Shown piece after piece: positions 36,077 to 48,384 of a stretch of 64,000 bases of DNA. The position numbers and the translations under genes are program-made. Below the pieces are notes generated by a model. That model saw only the letters and a list, made by a program, of their open reading frames with translations. It did not search any database and was not told the origin of the DNA. The stretch is from Octopus sinensis (taxonomy: Eukaryota), in NCBI RefSeq assembly GCF_006345805.1, contig NW_021833418.1, positions 23,445 through 87,444 of the forward strand, read 5' to 3'. Position 1 is the first letter of the stretch; every line of letters starts with the position of its first letter.

Positions 36077-36539
36077 TGTTTGAGTACATCAGTGAAATAG
36101 TTACCACAAGAGACTATCATCGATGGACTGTTTCTAGGAACGGCTCTGTCAGGAAAGGTTCGTGTAGACAATAATTAGAGATTTTCATTAACAAAAATCA
36201 GTGTACTTGCACATGTCAAGTCTAACCTGGCCAAAATAATTTTATTTAAAAAATAGTTTGTTAGCGTCCAGAGAATTAACACGCCGGAGAATGGACACTG
36301 CTTAGAACACAAAATCGGCAAATGAAATATCGCTTTTAGGGTTTACGGTTGAACATATTTCTCATAAAGTCGACGGAGGACAGCTGAGTGAATGAAGGAA
36401 CATACCACATTAAATATCGCATAACTGCGGGAGGACGTGAGCTCGAGAGCAGTCGAGCACACTCGCCGTTGTTTGTCGCCTGCCAGTGGAGAGGACTGCC
36501 ACGTCTATCGTCTAAAACAGAAGTCGGCAGAATCTCCGA

Positions 36540-37780
36540 CTTCACGGGCCGGATTATAAAAAATTATTGTTCTGCGGGCCTGATAATTTTTTTACTTATT
36601 TAGGGCTAATATTAATTGAATAAAACTTTATTTAACAAAACAACGAGTAAATTTTAATTGAATTTGCTGTTTAATATTTCATATAATGTCGTTTATTGTT
36701 AGAGAGATCATCGATATTAGGTGCATAGGTCGTGGAAGCTAAAATTAAAACATCATTAAGATGATTATCCGTAATTTTTGTTCTATGATTATTTTCCGTG
36801 TTTTTCATTTTTGAAAATAACTGTTCGCAAACAAAATTACTTCCAAATAAAGATATCATGTTTTGGAATGGTTTACTAACAACGGATATTTTTTACACGG
36901 TTGAACATATTTCTCATAAAATTCCACAATGTTACAATGATTTGAATAAAAAATCGTCTTAAGAATATGATTATACTGCAAATCTATAAGTTCCAATTGA
37001 TAGATTTCATTTGCTGAATTGAATTGGTTTCTACAAAGGTATAGAAACATCTTAAATTCGTCCGAATAAGCCTTAAAGTACAAAAATCGAGATGAAAAGT
37101 GGGATTTCAATTCGATAAGGACATCTAAAAAATGGATATATCATTTGATTTTGTTTTTTTTAATTTTGGAAATTAATGAAGTTTCGTTTTTCAATTGACA
37201 AATCCACAAATTAATCTTATTTTCAAATGCAATAATGTGAGAATATAATTCAGGTATCAGCAGACTTTTTCCTTGTAAATTCAAATTCAGATCATCAAGA
37301 TAAAAAGTAATGTCAACCAGAAATACAAATTTTGCAAGCCATTCAGGATCACGAAGATATAAAGCATCAACATTTTTACTTTCAAGTAATAATCGTACTT
37401 CATTATGCAATAAAAACAATCGTTTCAACATTGATCCCCTGCTTAGCCATCTGACATTTGAAAAATATGTTAGATCTCCGTATTAAAAGTCTATACCCAG
37501 CAAAAACTCCTGAAACTAATGATGATACATGGCTCGTGATAATATTACGTTAACAGTTTTTACAACAATATTCATAACGTCTTGTAGTAACGCTATTTTC
37601 GTAGATAAGGCCTCGTGGTGGATAATACAGTGAATCTTTTATTTTCTCCTCAATTAATATCACCAACCCCTTTTTATTTCTTATCATCGCGGGAGCTCCA
37701 TCTGTTGTAATTCCCACAAGTTTAGATATTTTCATTTCTGTCAGCATTTGTACAACAGCATGTCTTTTAGACTCTAAAAG
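36540..37780 (-). mobile_element. hAT (GTF2IRD2/SPIN-like) transposase remnant
   Basis: GITTDGAPAM, RWLSRG..LKRLF, FLVDIT..L..LNL.LQGK, SLFGSNFVCEQLFSKMK. Confidence 0.75.
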
Positions 37781-37816
37781 TAGTCGGCCACTCCACAACG
37801 TTTAACACCGTCGGGA

Positions 37817-38105
37817 CTAGTCCTCCCAGATGTTTTTGGAGTTCCTGTGTCTGCGCACACACTCCTTGTTCAGCAAGTCGTAGATGTTGTAAGATTAGAC
37901 ACACACACCAGACTTGTGGCAGTTGAAGATGTACTTGACAGCACACCACTCTGTTCAATCATTGTGTGTGTCTTCTATGATAGCATCACCACACTGTCCC
38001 CTCCCGAAAACAGCTTCTTCATTAGAGTCAACACCTTTCAAACAGTTCTTCCTGACTGCACCCTCAGTCAAAGTGGTACAACGTCCTGAATTCCCTCTCC
38101 TCCAT
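37817..38105 (-). CDS. Possible small spliced gene of unknown function, head-to-head with PLC
   Basis: Host-gene composition, ATG in MEEREFR, internal EWCAVKYIFNCHKS, end CVRRHRNSKNIWED*. No fully convincing splice path found. Confidence 0.3.
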
Positions 38106-38241
38106 GCCGCCCTATCGACAGACCTCTGAGTCGACAGTAGTTTGTTTGGTGAGAATAGTAAAGAGGATAACCTCAATGATGACGTGAGTGACTAATCAGG
38201 CAACAAATAGTGATATTAAGGAGTAGACATAGCGTGAGAGA

Positions 38242-40477
38242 ATGGAGACGTACTGCCTCCAATTCTCGAAAGTATAATTGGGGAGTAAAGAAAGGTGAAT
38301 CCGAGTGGGGAAGTGGTGAAGGTGGGGATCGAGGAGGAGGGGTTCTATGTGTACTGCATAGGAAAAGTGAGTGAGTGAGTGAGAAGTAGAAAATATACTT
38401 CATCGACACGGGGATAATTCTGGACGTGCGGAGGGGAGCGCGGACGTCCTTCGCCAAAGTAAGGAGTGTGGTGAATGGCAGGAAATGGGCGAGTACCGCC
38501 TGATGAGGAAGGAAGTGGAGACGCTCACTCCGAAGAGGACCCTCACGATAATATTCGGGAATAGTTTAGTGGAGACAGAGCGAGCGACATTTGTGTTTTA
38601 CAAGTCGAGTGAGGCAGAGGTGGGGAGGGTGTATATTTGCAGAGATTCGGCGACTTTCTGCTGAGTGTGATGAAGGGCGGAGGGGTGACTTGCCCTCTGA
38701 CTCAACTGCGGAAAATATATTCGAGATATCGACTGGTAATACGCCATTATGGGAAAATGCGACTGTCGAGGTTGTGGGAGTGAGTGATAGGCAGTCTGAC
38801 TAAGAATTACCAGCAATTGGGGAACAGGAAGGTGAACAAGGCTTTGTTGTACGCAAACATGGACAAAGTAGGCCTGTTTGGTCACTCTGAGAGTAACTTT
38901 CTGACTGCCGACAATTTTACATTCGATCACTTTTTCCTGTTTTACACAAGCCTGTCGAATTGTCTCAACTTGAGAAAAATATTGAAGTGGACTATGGACG
39001 ATCTGGGGGACTTGTTGAAGGAAAATAAAGTGTCGATGGAGGTGATTGGCACGTTCGAGACAGACGAAGGACTGAGACAGAAAGGTAGGGAGGAGTGGCA
39101 TTGCAGGGGTGGTGTCGATGGAGGGAGTACTGAAATATCTGTTGAGTGACCACAACCTGTACAGGAGTGAGAGGACGGACGACATGGACCGTCCACTGCA
39201 CGAGTACTTCATCAACTCATCACACAACACTTATTTAGTGGGTCAGTCACCACCAAGCACTTCATAGGCAATCAAGTGGGCAGTAGGGCAGTGGTCGACA
39301 ATTACCATCTCGTCCTCATGCAGGGTTGTCGGTGTGTCGAACTGGACTGCTGGGATGGGCACAACTGTGAGCCCATCGTGACACACGGCTACTCCATCTG
39401 CACTCTTGTGTCCTTCAAGGTACAGTCGTGTGTCCACTCAAGGATGTTGTCCACGCCATTGCTGAGAGTGCATTCAAGACCTCCCAATTCCCCGTCATTC
39501 TGTCCATCGAAAACCACTGCTCGTACAACTCCCTGTTAATCAGTAGCAAAAAGGTTGAGGAAAAAATGGTAAAGTATATCAAACAAGTTTTCGGGGACAT
39601 GCTCCTCCCGCCTGTATCCTGTCCTAATTTCTACACTCTCACTCAGCTCAAAAAGAGAATTCTCATCAAGTCCAAAAGTTGTGTCTTCTCTAATCAGCCA
39701 CATGACTGCCTCGCCTCGGTGGTGTACCTCAAGTCCGTCCCCTTCAAGGAGGACGCCCAATCAATCATGACGTCTCTGTCGGAAACGGTGGCCACCACGC
39801 AGATCGAGACGAGATTCTCCCAATTCTGCAAGTTTGTGTTGTTTTGCTATTCTGGTTCAACACGCAAAACATTACGAGGATTTACCCCAAGGGCACGAGA
39901 ATAACGTCCTCCAACTACAACCCTGCGGTAGTCCACACAACTCATTCCTAGTACTTCTGGACTGCCGGCTCTCAAATGGTTGCCATGAACTTCCAGACTT
40001 TGGGTGAGCATTAGTCCACCATAGTAGACGAAAATATGCAGACCAATCTGTCCTTCTTTGAGTCCAACCAACACTCCGGATATGTCCTCAAACCCCCACC
40101 CCCAATCCAAACCCAGCACATGCACATCCACGTTGTCCCCTCTCATATTCCAGTTGATTTCACTCCATCTCAACCCTCCATCCAACTCCCTCTCACACTG
40201 CAGAATTACAATACTCGGCCACCACACTATTAAAATCACTTTCCATTCTGCCAAAAACAAACTCACACACAAAATAAACAAACAACTTACTCTCCCCAAC
40301 GTCCCCCGTTCCCCCATCACTCTCCTCCGCCTCGCCCTCGAGGACAAAAACGACAACCTCATCGCACAGAACATGCTTCCCGTCACACATCTCAATCACG
40401 GCTACTTGTTCATTCCCCTCAAAAACGCACTCAACCAACTTCACGACTTTTCTGTCCTCTTCTTGCATCACCACTAA
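38242..40477 (+). CDS. Phosphoinositide phospholipase C, PLC-beta-like, compact, multi-exon (start approximate)
   Basis: PLC-beta-type PH (VKVGIEEEGFYVY...ILDVRRG...RTLTIIFG); X box DMDRPLHEYFINSSHNTYL, GCRCVELDCWDG, THG, PVILSIENHC; Y box RIYPKGTRITSSNYNP, GSQMVAMNFQT, GYVLKP; C2 ending GYLFIPLKN. Stop at 40477. Confidence 0.88.
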
Positions 40478-41426
40478 TTTTTTATTTTCATTCACTCATT
40501 CTTTATATTCAAGCGACTTCCCCAGACATCACTCTTTGCTCTCCCGTCATATATGCGATAACATCCTGCTCGTTATTCTACAATTCCTGCAGTGACCTCC
40601 CATCATTTTGAAAATCGGGAGGAATCCGGTTTTTGAAAAAATATCTATTCAACCACAGACAACGGACTGGAACTTTTACCGAACGCTCATTGATTATTCA
40701 TAACATTTCTGTGGATGATTAGACTTATCTCGACAGGATAATCACTTACGTCAACTGTTCTATTATGGAGGCTCGTGCTATGTCTGTTTCTAAACATCAC
40801 AACAACTTCGCGAGGGGAGTTGAAAAGGCACGCTTAGAAAAAGAAAAGGTCCAAATCAAAAAGTCAGTCCATACAACGATAGAAATTAATCTCCGCTCTA
40901 GACCGCACTGTTTAACCTCTTGACGCTGATCTGCCTCTACTGGATAATGAAAACGACATTCTGATTTCCTAAGACGACATCGTCTTTGCTTCCTGGTTGC
41001 TTTATAATGCTACGACAAAATTTGAATATATTAAATAACTGAACCACTGCCTACCTCCGATCAACTTGTCCATAAAAGTCGGCGACCTGTGCCTTGTTAC
41101 TCGTAAACATGTACGGTAAATCAATTTCCAAGACTAACAAAATGAAGAAGCGAGCCTGAAAAGAGCCTTTACACTCACGCAGCGCTGGACTAAAAAAGTC
41201 CTCAGCTCCTACATATATGGAAGCCCTCTTGCACTCATATGGATAAAGATATAATGCAATCGTGGAGACCAAGCCTATACATCCAAGACACACTTGCACC
41301 GGCTCACGTGAGAAAAATAAGGCGAAGATGAGGACCCTCTTGAAGTGTGTCATGTGACTTAATTTTATTTGTTTCTCGTGTTCGGTTAGGGAAATAAATA
41401 AATAAGAATTAATACTTAGTATTCTG

Positions 41427-41955
41427 ATGGTTGGTTAGTACTATTAGCAGTATTTAGACTGTTCTGGACAAGAAAGGTAATAAAGCAGGATTAGAATAGA
41501 ATTCAAAGAGGCATTTAGTCTGTTGGACAAGAAGAACAGAAAAACACTGTCAATCGAGGAGGTGGGTGACCTGAGTAGAATGATCGGATTCACTCCCTCA
41601 CAAGCAGAACTAAACACTCTGTTTGCTGAGTTCGGGACAGGTTGTGGCTCCCCCACAATGCAGACACTCAACTCTCGATGAATGAAATGGCCTCCCTCAT
41701 CGACGACAAAATGTCCAAGCCCGAGACTGAAGAGTCCGTCAGAAACGCCTTCCAAGCCTTGGACTCGATGAACACGGGCTTCATTCCAATCCAGGAGTTG
41801 AGGCACGTTCTCACCTGTGTCGGGGAAAAGCTCACGGACGACGAGTTCGACGCATTCCTTAAGCAAATAAACGTCCCCGAGGGACAGGAGTCTCTCAACT
41901 ATGCTGGTGGCTGTCCTCTCTCATTATAGACGCGGCCGCCGCCATGATGAAGTAG
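41427..41955 (+). CDS. Calmodulin-like / myosin light chain-like EF-hand protein, 5 exons
   Basis: ATG-only first exon, then TVLDKKEFKEAFSLLDK...GFTPSQAEL...EESVRNAFQALDSMNTGFIPIQELRHVLTCVGEKLTDDEFD...LNYADAAAAMMK*. Introns 28, 23, 23, 23 nt in calmodulin-family positions. Confidence 0.88.
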
Positions 41956-42124
41956 ACATACTAATACTTCCTTACTTACTCATTCATTGTATAGCCAGTC
42001 AGATTGATAGTCCACCTGATTAGCATATGTAGAACGCGTGAATGAATTGACCATTACAGTGGTGCATAATTAGGTTATTAAATGGGAGAATATTGAATAA
42101 AATATTTGAATAAAAGTGTAGTGG

Positions 42125-44071
42125 ATGAGCAAGCCAAGTGGGAAGATTGGACGGGTGTTCAGTGAAAAGAACAGAATGAGGAGCAGGAAAGAAAGGAAGG
42201 AGGGGGATGATGACCCGGGGATAATAGGAGTGTGCTGCAGTGTGGTGTATGAGTGGTTGAAGGAGAGGAAATGTGTATTAATCGACATTCGGAGTGGAGA
42301 GGACTACAGACAGTGCCACATCAGTTCTCCGCATGCCTTGAATGTGCCCCACACACTTGTGAATGAGAGCACTCTGAGTGACCACTCGGTGATGGCACTC
42401 CTCTCCACCCAACGGGACAGAGATGTGTTGGCACTGCGCTTCCAAGTGGAGCACGTCGTGTTGGTGGGGTATTCGGGGAGAGTGGAGAGAGACAGTCTGC
42501 TGACACTCGCCAATGCATTCGGCAGGGTTGGTCACCCCCTCTACCTCAGTACTCCTCTCGCGACACTCCACACTCCATTTCCTATTTGATTGGCGGATTC
42601 CTCGATTTTGCCCATCAGTACCCCCGACTACTCAACTCCCCTCCTATATTACCCACTGGAGTGATGTCATCCTCCGAGAACAACCTGGGGAGTATAGGTG
42701 TATTGAATGAGGACAACCCGGGGGACAGCAGTATAGGAGTGCCGAATGAGGCAGGCAAGACCATAGGAGTGAAGGCAGTGTCGAATGATGCAGGCAAGAG
42801 CATAGAAGTGGAGAATGAAGCAGGCAAGAATATACTATCGCAGAACGAGGCAGTGCACAGCAAGAGCATGGGAGTGAAGAATGTGGACAAACCAGTGCAC
42901 GGCAGCATAGGAATGAAGCCTGTGTCGAATGAGGCAGGCAAGAGCATAGAAGTGGAGAACAAGGCAGTACACAGCAGCATAGTATCGAAGAACGAGGCAG
43001 TACACAACAAGAATATAGTAGCGAAGAATGATGCAGGGAAGAGCATAGAGGTGGAGAATGAGCCGGGGCACAGCAAGAGCACAGGAGTGAAGGACAAACC
43101 GCGGGGACTGCGGAATATCGGGAATACATGTTTCATAAACTCAGTGGTGCAATGTCTGTTGAGTGTGAGGAGACTGACGTACTACTTTGGAAAGTGTAAG
43201 AAGGGAGTGTTGTGCGAACTATTCCACAGTCTGGTGGTGGAGGAGAGTGAGATGAGTGGAGTGCGGGTATGACCATCACTCAGTGCCAGGACTTTTTAGC
43301 CGAGAACTGTGTGTCCTACTCCAAGGGACAACAACACGACGCACACGAGTTCCTCAACTTTATATTGGACAGACTCCACGAGGAATTGAAGAGTAAGGGA
43401 CGGTCCCTCATCTCGGACTGCTTCCAGGTGCCCCCACTCGAGGACGACAGGGACTCCTCAAGTCCACCCTCCGTTGTCTGACGTGCTCGGGGGAGTCGGT
43501 CACCTTGGACGTGTTCATGTTCCTCGCACTCCCCATCCCCAAGTCAGACTGCACTCTCCGAGACTGTCTCGATCAGTTTTACCAGGTGGAGGAACTGAGT
43601 GGGATATACTGCGACAAGTGTGGTGGGCACGGGGATGCCACCAAGGCAGTGGCCATCTCCAGATTCCCCCCACATCTCATCATTTTCTTCTCCAGGTCCC
43701 CATCCCCCACCACTCCAGATTCCTCTACTCCAATGGACACTGTCGCAGAAACGACGTCCTCGTGTCCTACCCACCCCACTTGGATGTCTCCCCCTTCGTC
43801 CTCCACCCTCCTGTCCCCCACTACTCACTCCACGCTGTCGTCGTACTCCTCCTCTCTCATTTAGAACCACCAAGGCACTCTCGACAATGGACACTGTACC
43901 CCCCTCTCCTCACCCATAGACTCCGCACACGTCCTCTCACACTCTCACTGGTATCACTGTGACGACTCCATTGTCCGCCCTCTCACTCCTCCCCCCACCG
44001 TTCTCCTCTCCCCTCACTCCTAGTCCAACGAGGCCTACATCCTCTTTTACCAGTGCACACACAAACAATGA
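42125..44071 (+). CDS. USP8/Doa4-like deubiquitinase (rhodanese + USP domain)
   Basis: Rhodanese (VLIDIRSGEDYRQCHI...LIGGF..FAHQYP), Cys box GLRNIGNTCFINSVVQCL, QQHDAHEFL, CDKC zinc ribbon, His box NHQGTLDNGH, EAYILFYQ. No N-terminal MIT domain seen. Confidence 0.88.
42700..43090 (+). repeat. Imperfect 10-12-aa coding repeats in the USP8-like linker
   Basis: NEAGKSIEVE / NDAGKSIEVE / NEAVHSKSMGVK recur about 10 times. Confidence 0.7.
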
Positions 44072-44518
44072 CTTTTGGCTACTAAATGTGCTTATCTGTA
44101 ATTATAAGAACAATCAGTCTATGTAGGACTAAAGGAACTTTAATAGGATTAGCAATAATTGAAGCAACTTTACGTGGAAAATAACAAATACGGTATCCTT
44201 AAGAGACTGTGATTGACAAAAATGACTCAACAGGCTCAAGTCAACGATTTAGCATTAAAAAACGAGGTGCGAATTGAAAATTCTGTCGAATTCTGATAGA
44301 TATTCAAACAGTAAAGATTTATTGTGAGGAGACTCGAAGCTTGGTGAATAAAATCTCGAAAGTGCAGCACAAAGGGGATCCTAGCTAATTTAAATTCTTT
44401 GGTTGTGTGACATACATTTGGGGCAGACTGGGTGAGTAATGTGGAGGACATGACCCAATAACCAGGAAGTGGCTTAACAGTAGGAATAGCAATAAATATC
44501 CTTATTAAGAGAGGAAGG

Positions 44519-45190
<672 letters not shown>

Positions 45191-45299
45191 TTATTATTTA
45201 CATTACTTTTAATAACCGACCTTATTATTATTAATTATTATAGCCAACTGTTCTACCATATCTCTTTGATTCCAGGAAGTGGCACTTCCCTATGGGCCC

Positions 45300-46290
45300 T
45301 CACTTTTGAAACAGATTGTGATAATAAATTTTAAAGTTATTTGCACTGACTGCATAAGGATCCCATGGATGTGAAAAACAAATCCCTATCCTGCAAGGGA
45401 CAGTACAATGCTTCACGCCGTGGGCCATTATTTCCTTTAGATAACCACTCTGAGGCTAGATCAACATTTTGTTCACATATTTTCTTTGAGCATCTTTGAT
45501 AAACTCAACACCCAAATTCTTCATGTCAAGAATTGCATACTTGGAGGCGAGAAATCCTGCAATTGTGGCCATATGCCATTTGTTTGTATCACACGCAGGA
45601 TTCCCAATCTCCGTAACCATACTGCCGACTGTCTTTCTAACCTTCTCAGGAACTGGAAGAGTATCAATTCACTTCTGAAGGAAACTGAAGCAAGTCCTCT
45701 CCCAAGAGATTTCCGATTTAAATATAGCCTCTCTTTATTTGCAGGTTTGAGATGGAGTCTGAGAGTCGTAAGTTGTCGTATTTGATCAATACAATCAAAT
45801 TCATGAGGTTCAATAAGTCCGATGTAATAATTATACAGAGAAATGGCATATTCATTTATAGCGTGGAATAAGTTGACCGCATTTAATTTCGTCTTTGAAA
45901 GCATGGTTATCCTTTTCTTAACATTTCCAAGGATAGAATCCACTACTCTTAAGGACATTACTTCCTCCATCTTCAAGTACACCTAAATAGTGATATCCTA
46001 AGACTGCTTCCAAAGTCTCGCAACAAGATAACATTTGATGCTGACTTTTCTGAATTCATCTCCAGGCCAACAAATTTAAAGATTAAGACCGAATATCTTT
46101 AGGTCATCAGTGAAGAACAAATGATTAGTAGAGTAGGTATTTGGGTCCTGCTGATTAATTTAAACATTCGGAAACATGCCATTAAGAATCCTGCTTAGTG
46201 GGTCTATCACCATCACAAACAATTGTGAGGATAGCCAGTCTCCTTGTAAAATCCAATTCCCCTTCCGTCAATATGGAGCTTTACAGTTAA
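45300..46290 (-). mobile_element. Internal fragment of the R4/Dong-like RLE retroelement family
   Basis: KKRITMLSKTKLNAVNLFHAINEYA, LHLKPANKERLYL, GNNGPR.EAL; nearly colinear with 19204-22741. Confidence 0.8.
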
Positions 46291-46354
46291 TTTGTTAATA
46301 CAATAAAGAGATTATAATAAATTATTATTAACGTGCATATAGTTGTGGTGGGAC

Positions 46355-46732
46355 ATGGTTCAGAGAGTGCAATTGACGCGTAAGAAGCCTTACAACACGA
46401 GGTCGAACAAAAAGAAAATGTGAGTGAGAGTAGGAGATTGTGTTTATAGTATCCGGACACCGGGAGGCAGACTCACCGTGAAATATCTCACAAAGCGCAA
46501 GTCGATTGTGAAGTGTGCTGTCTGCAAGGACAAACTACGTGGAATCACTCCTGCCAGGCCTGCCACCAAGGCTCGACTGCCCAAGAAGGCCAAGACAGTG
46601 TCGAGGATATTCGGGGGGAATCGGTGTCACAAATGTGTCAAAAATACCATCAAACGTGCCTTCTACATCGAAGAACACAAAATTGTCAAAAAACTGGGCT
46701 CCACTCTCAAGAAACCCGCCGTGGTTGCTTAG
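46355..46732 (+). CDS. RPL34: 60S ribosomal protein L34, 2 exons
   Basis: MVQRVQLTRKKPYNTRSNK...IRTPGGRL...KCAVCKDKLRGI...KTVSRIFGGNRCHKCVK..IKRAFYIEEHKIVKK; 30-nt intron. Confidence 0.97.
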
Positions 46733-46991
46733 ACTGACCTTGTTTTAATTCCTTCTTTTCATTGGTGCCACTGTACTGTTGCTGATTCCCCTCGAAAGTA
46801 CTTTTCAATCACGGACTTGCATTCTTCGGTGGTTATGTTCTTACCCTTATAATCAAATCTTTATAAGGTTGCTTAGACCGATCGGAGAACTCAAAATAGG
46901 TAAACTTCACCTGTCTCAAAACCATATGCTTTTTCTTAGACTTACATAACCTGATTAATATAAAAAGGAGATTTGTTTCCTGTTCGTTAAA

Positions 46992-47213
46992 ATGCTCGGT
47001 TATCTAGCGATTGTAAGCTCCCTGGTTTTTAGTGTGACTTCACTGGTGGAAATTTATCCACTATTTATACATAGAATGCAACAAAACAAAAATAATAATA
47101 AACTAGATTATAAGAATGACACTTCCACACTCCAGAAAAAAGAAACTGTAATGGAGTTAAACACCTCTGTAAAAAGTCAAATAATGAATCAAAGCCTTTT
47201 GCAAAAACTTTAG
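46992..47213 (+). CDS. Possible small secreted protein (73 aa), unverified
   Basis: Hydrophobic N-terminus MLGYLAIVSSLVFSVTS followed by an N/K/Q-rich tail; no paralog or other support. Confidence 0.25.
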   Translation: MLGYLAIVSSLVFSVTSLVEIYPLFIHRMQQNKNNNKLDYKNDTSTLQKKETVMELNTSVKSQIMNQSLLQKL

Positions 47214-47299
47214 GATGGAATGAAAGTTTTCGAAACGACTGATTCTAATAGAAAGACCAAGCCAACAAAAGCTATTTGACGTCGCTTACAGATATTTTA

Positions 47300-48330
47300 G
47301 TTCTCTATTGAATGAATAAATGAATTTATTTATTTAAAAGGAAAAGCCGAAAAAGAGAGAGAAAGTTAATGAGACAAAGTATGCCTCTTCTGCGTTATTT
47401 CCCTCATTTTTATATTTAATTTCAGATTCGAAAAGGCTCTCTCAAGAACACTTCCAATCGTTTCCGTCGCGTCTTCCAACTCTTGAGGGATAGGTTGGTT
47501 CAGCTGGAGTCCATTTGTCAATTTGATGGCATATTGTCTCGTCTTTTCGAGCTTAGCGATAATGCCATTCCTCTCAGCAGTAGGGTACCATCCCTCGAAC
47601 CCGTATGTAAGCAATAGTTCGACGCACGTTTTATAAACATATAAAAACTTTTCCGGACAAAGGTGGAAGTGAATTATGCTCCTGAGAATTTGAGCGCATT
47701 TCCTTCTCGAATCGATGTATCTTAAGTAAGAACCCTTGGATCCAACTTCAACCCCAAGGTATTTCAGGTTTTCCGTTACTGTAAACCCATAGAGGTTTCT
47801 TGGCGGTTTTCGTTTAGCTCCCTGTTTTGCAATCCAAGTGGCGGTGCACTTTTCTTTTGCCAGTGTTAGTCCTTTTGATATGCATCACTCTTCCACTCTT
47901 GTCACGTATCCTTTTAATTTCCTCCACGAGATGTTTTTTCTCCACGAAGCATCGGTTATTAGTGCATGAAGGGGCGTGTTAGCATCACAAGTACTTCAGA
48001 TGTAAATATCAGAGAAGGAGATTTGGTTGTTTCCCATGCAAGGTTGTGGGCACGATAATTCTTGTTTTTCCCAACCCTCTTTTTTCCATCTGATAACGAT
48101 TTTCGCGTGAAATATAGTTTTAAAATAGCATTTTTGAAAAGAGATCGAGATTTTGATGAAAGTGGTTTTAATTGACTCCCCTGTGAGAAATGAAGTGGGT
48201 GGATAATCAAGTCCGTTTTTGTCCAGTTCAAGTGAATAAACAAGCTTTTTATTTCCTTAAAACAATTTCCTTCCACACTTCCGCATGACTCACAAGGCCA
48301 CCCCAAAAATGCTTTTAAAATAACTAATAA
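47300..48330 (-). mobile_element. L2-like LINE 3' portion
   Basis: ENLKYLGV, YGFEGWY...IAKLEKTRQYAIKL; ends in aataaa/ttcatt-type tail. Same family as 62900-63372. Confidence 0.7.
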
Positions 48331-48384
48331 ATAAGGAAACACAAACAATATTCATTATTAATCATTATAATATACACTACTAAT

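Noticed and set aside
38040-38105. Selenoprotein (in-frame TGA in HFD*GC)
   Set aside because: A second stop follows within a few codons, no SECIS was recognised, and micro-introns are a simpler explanation.
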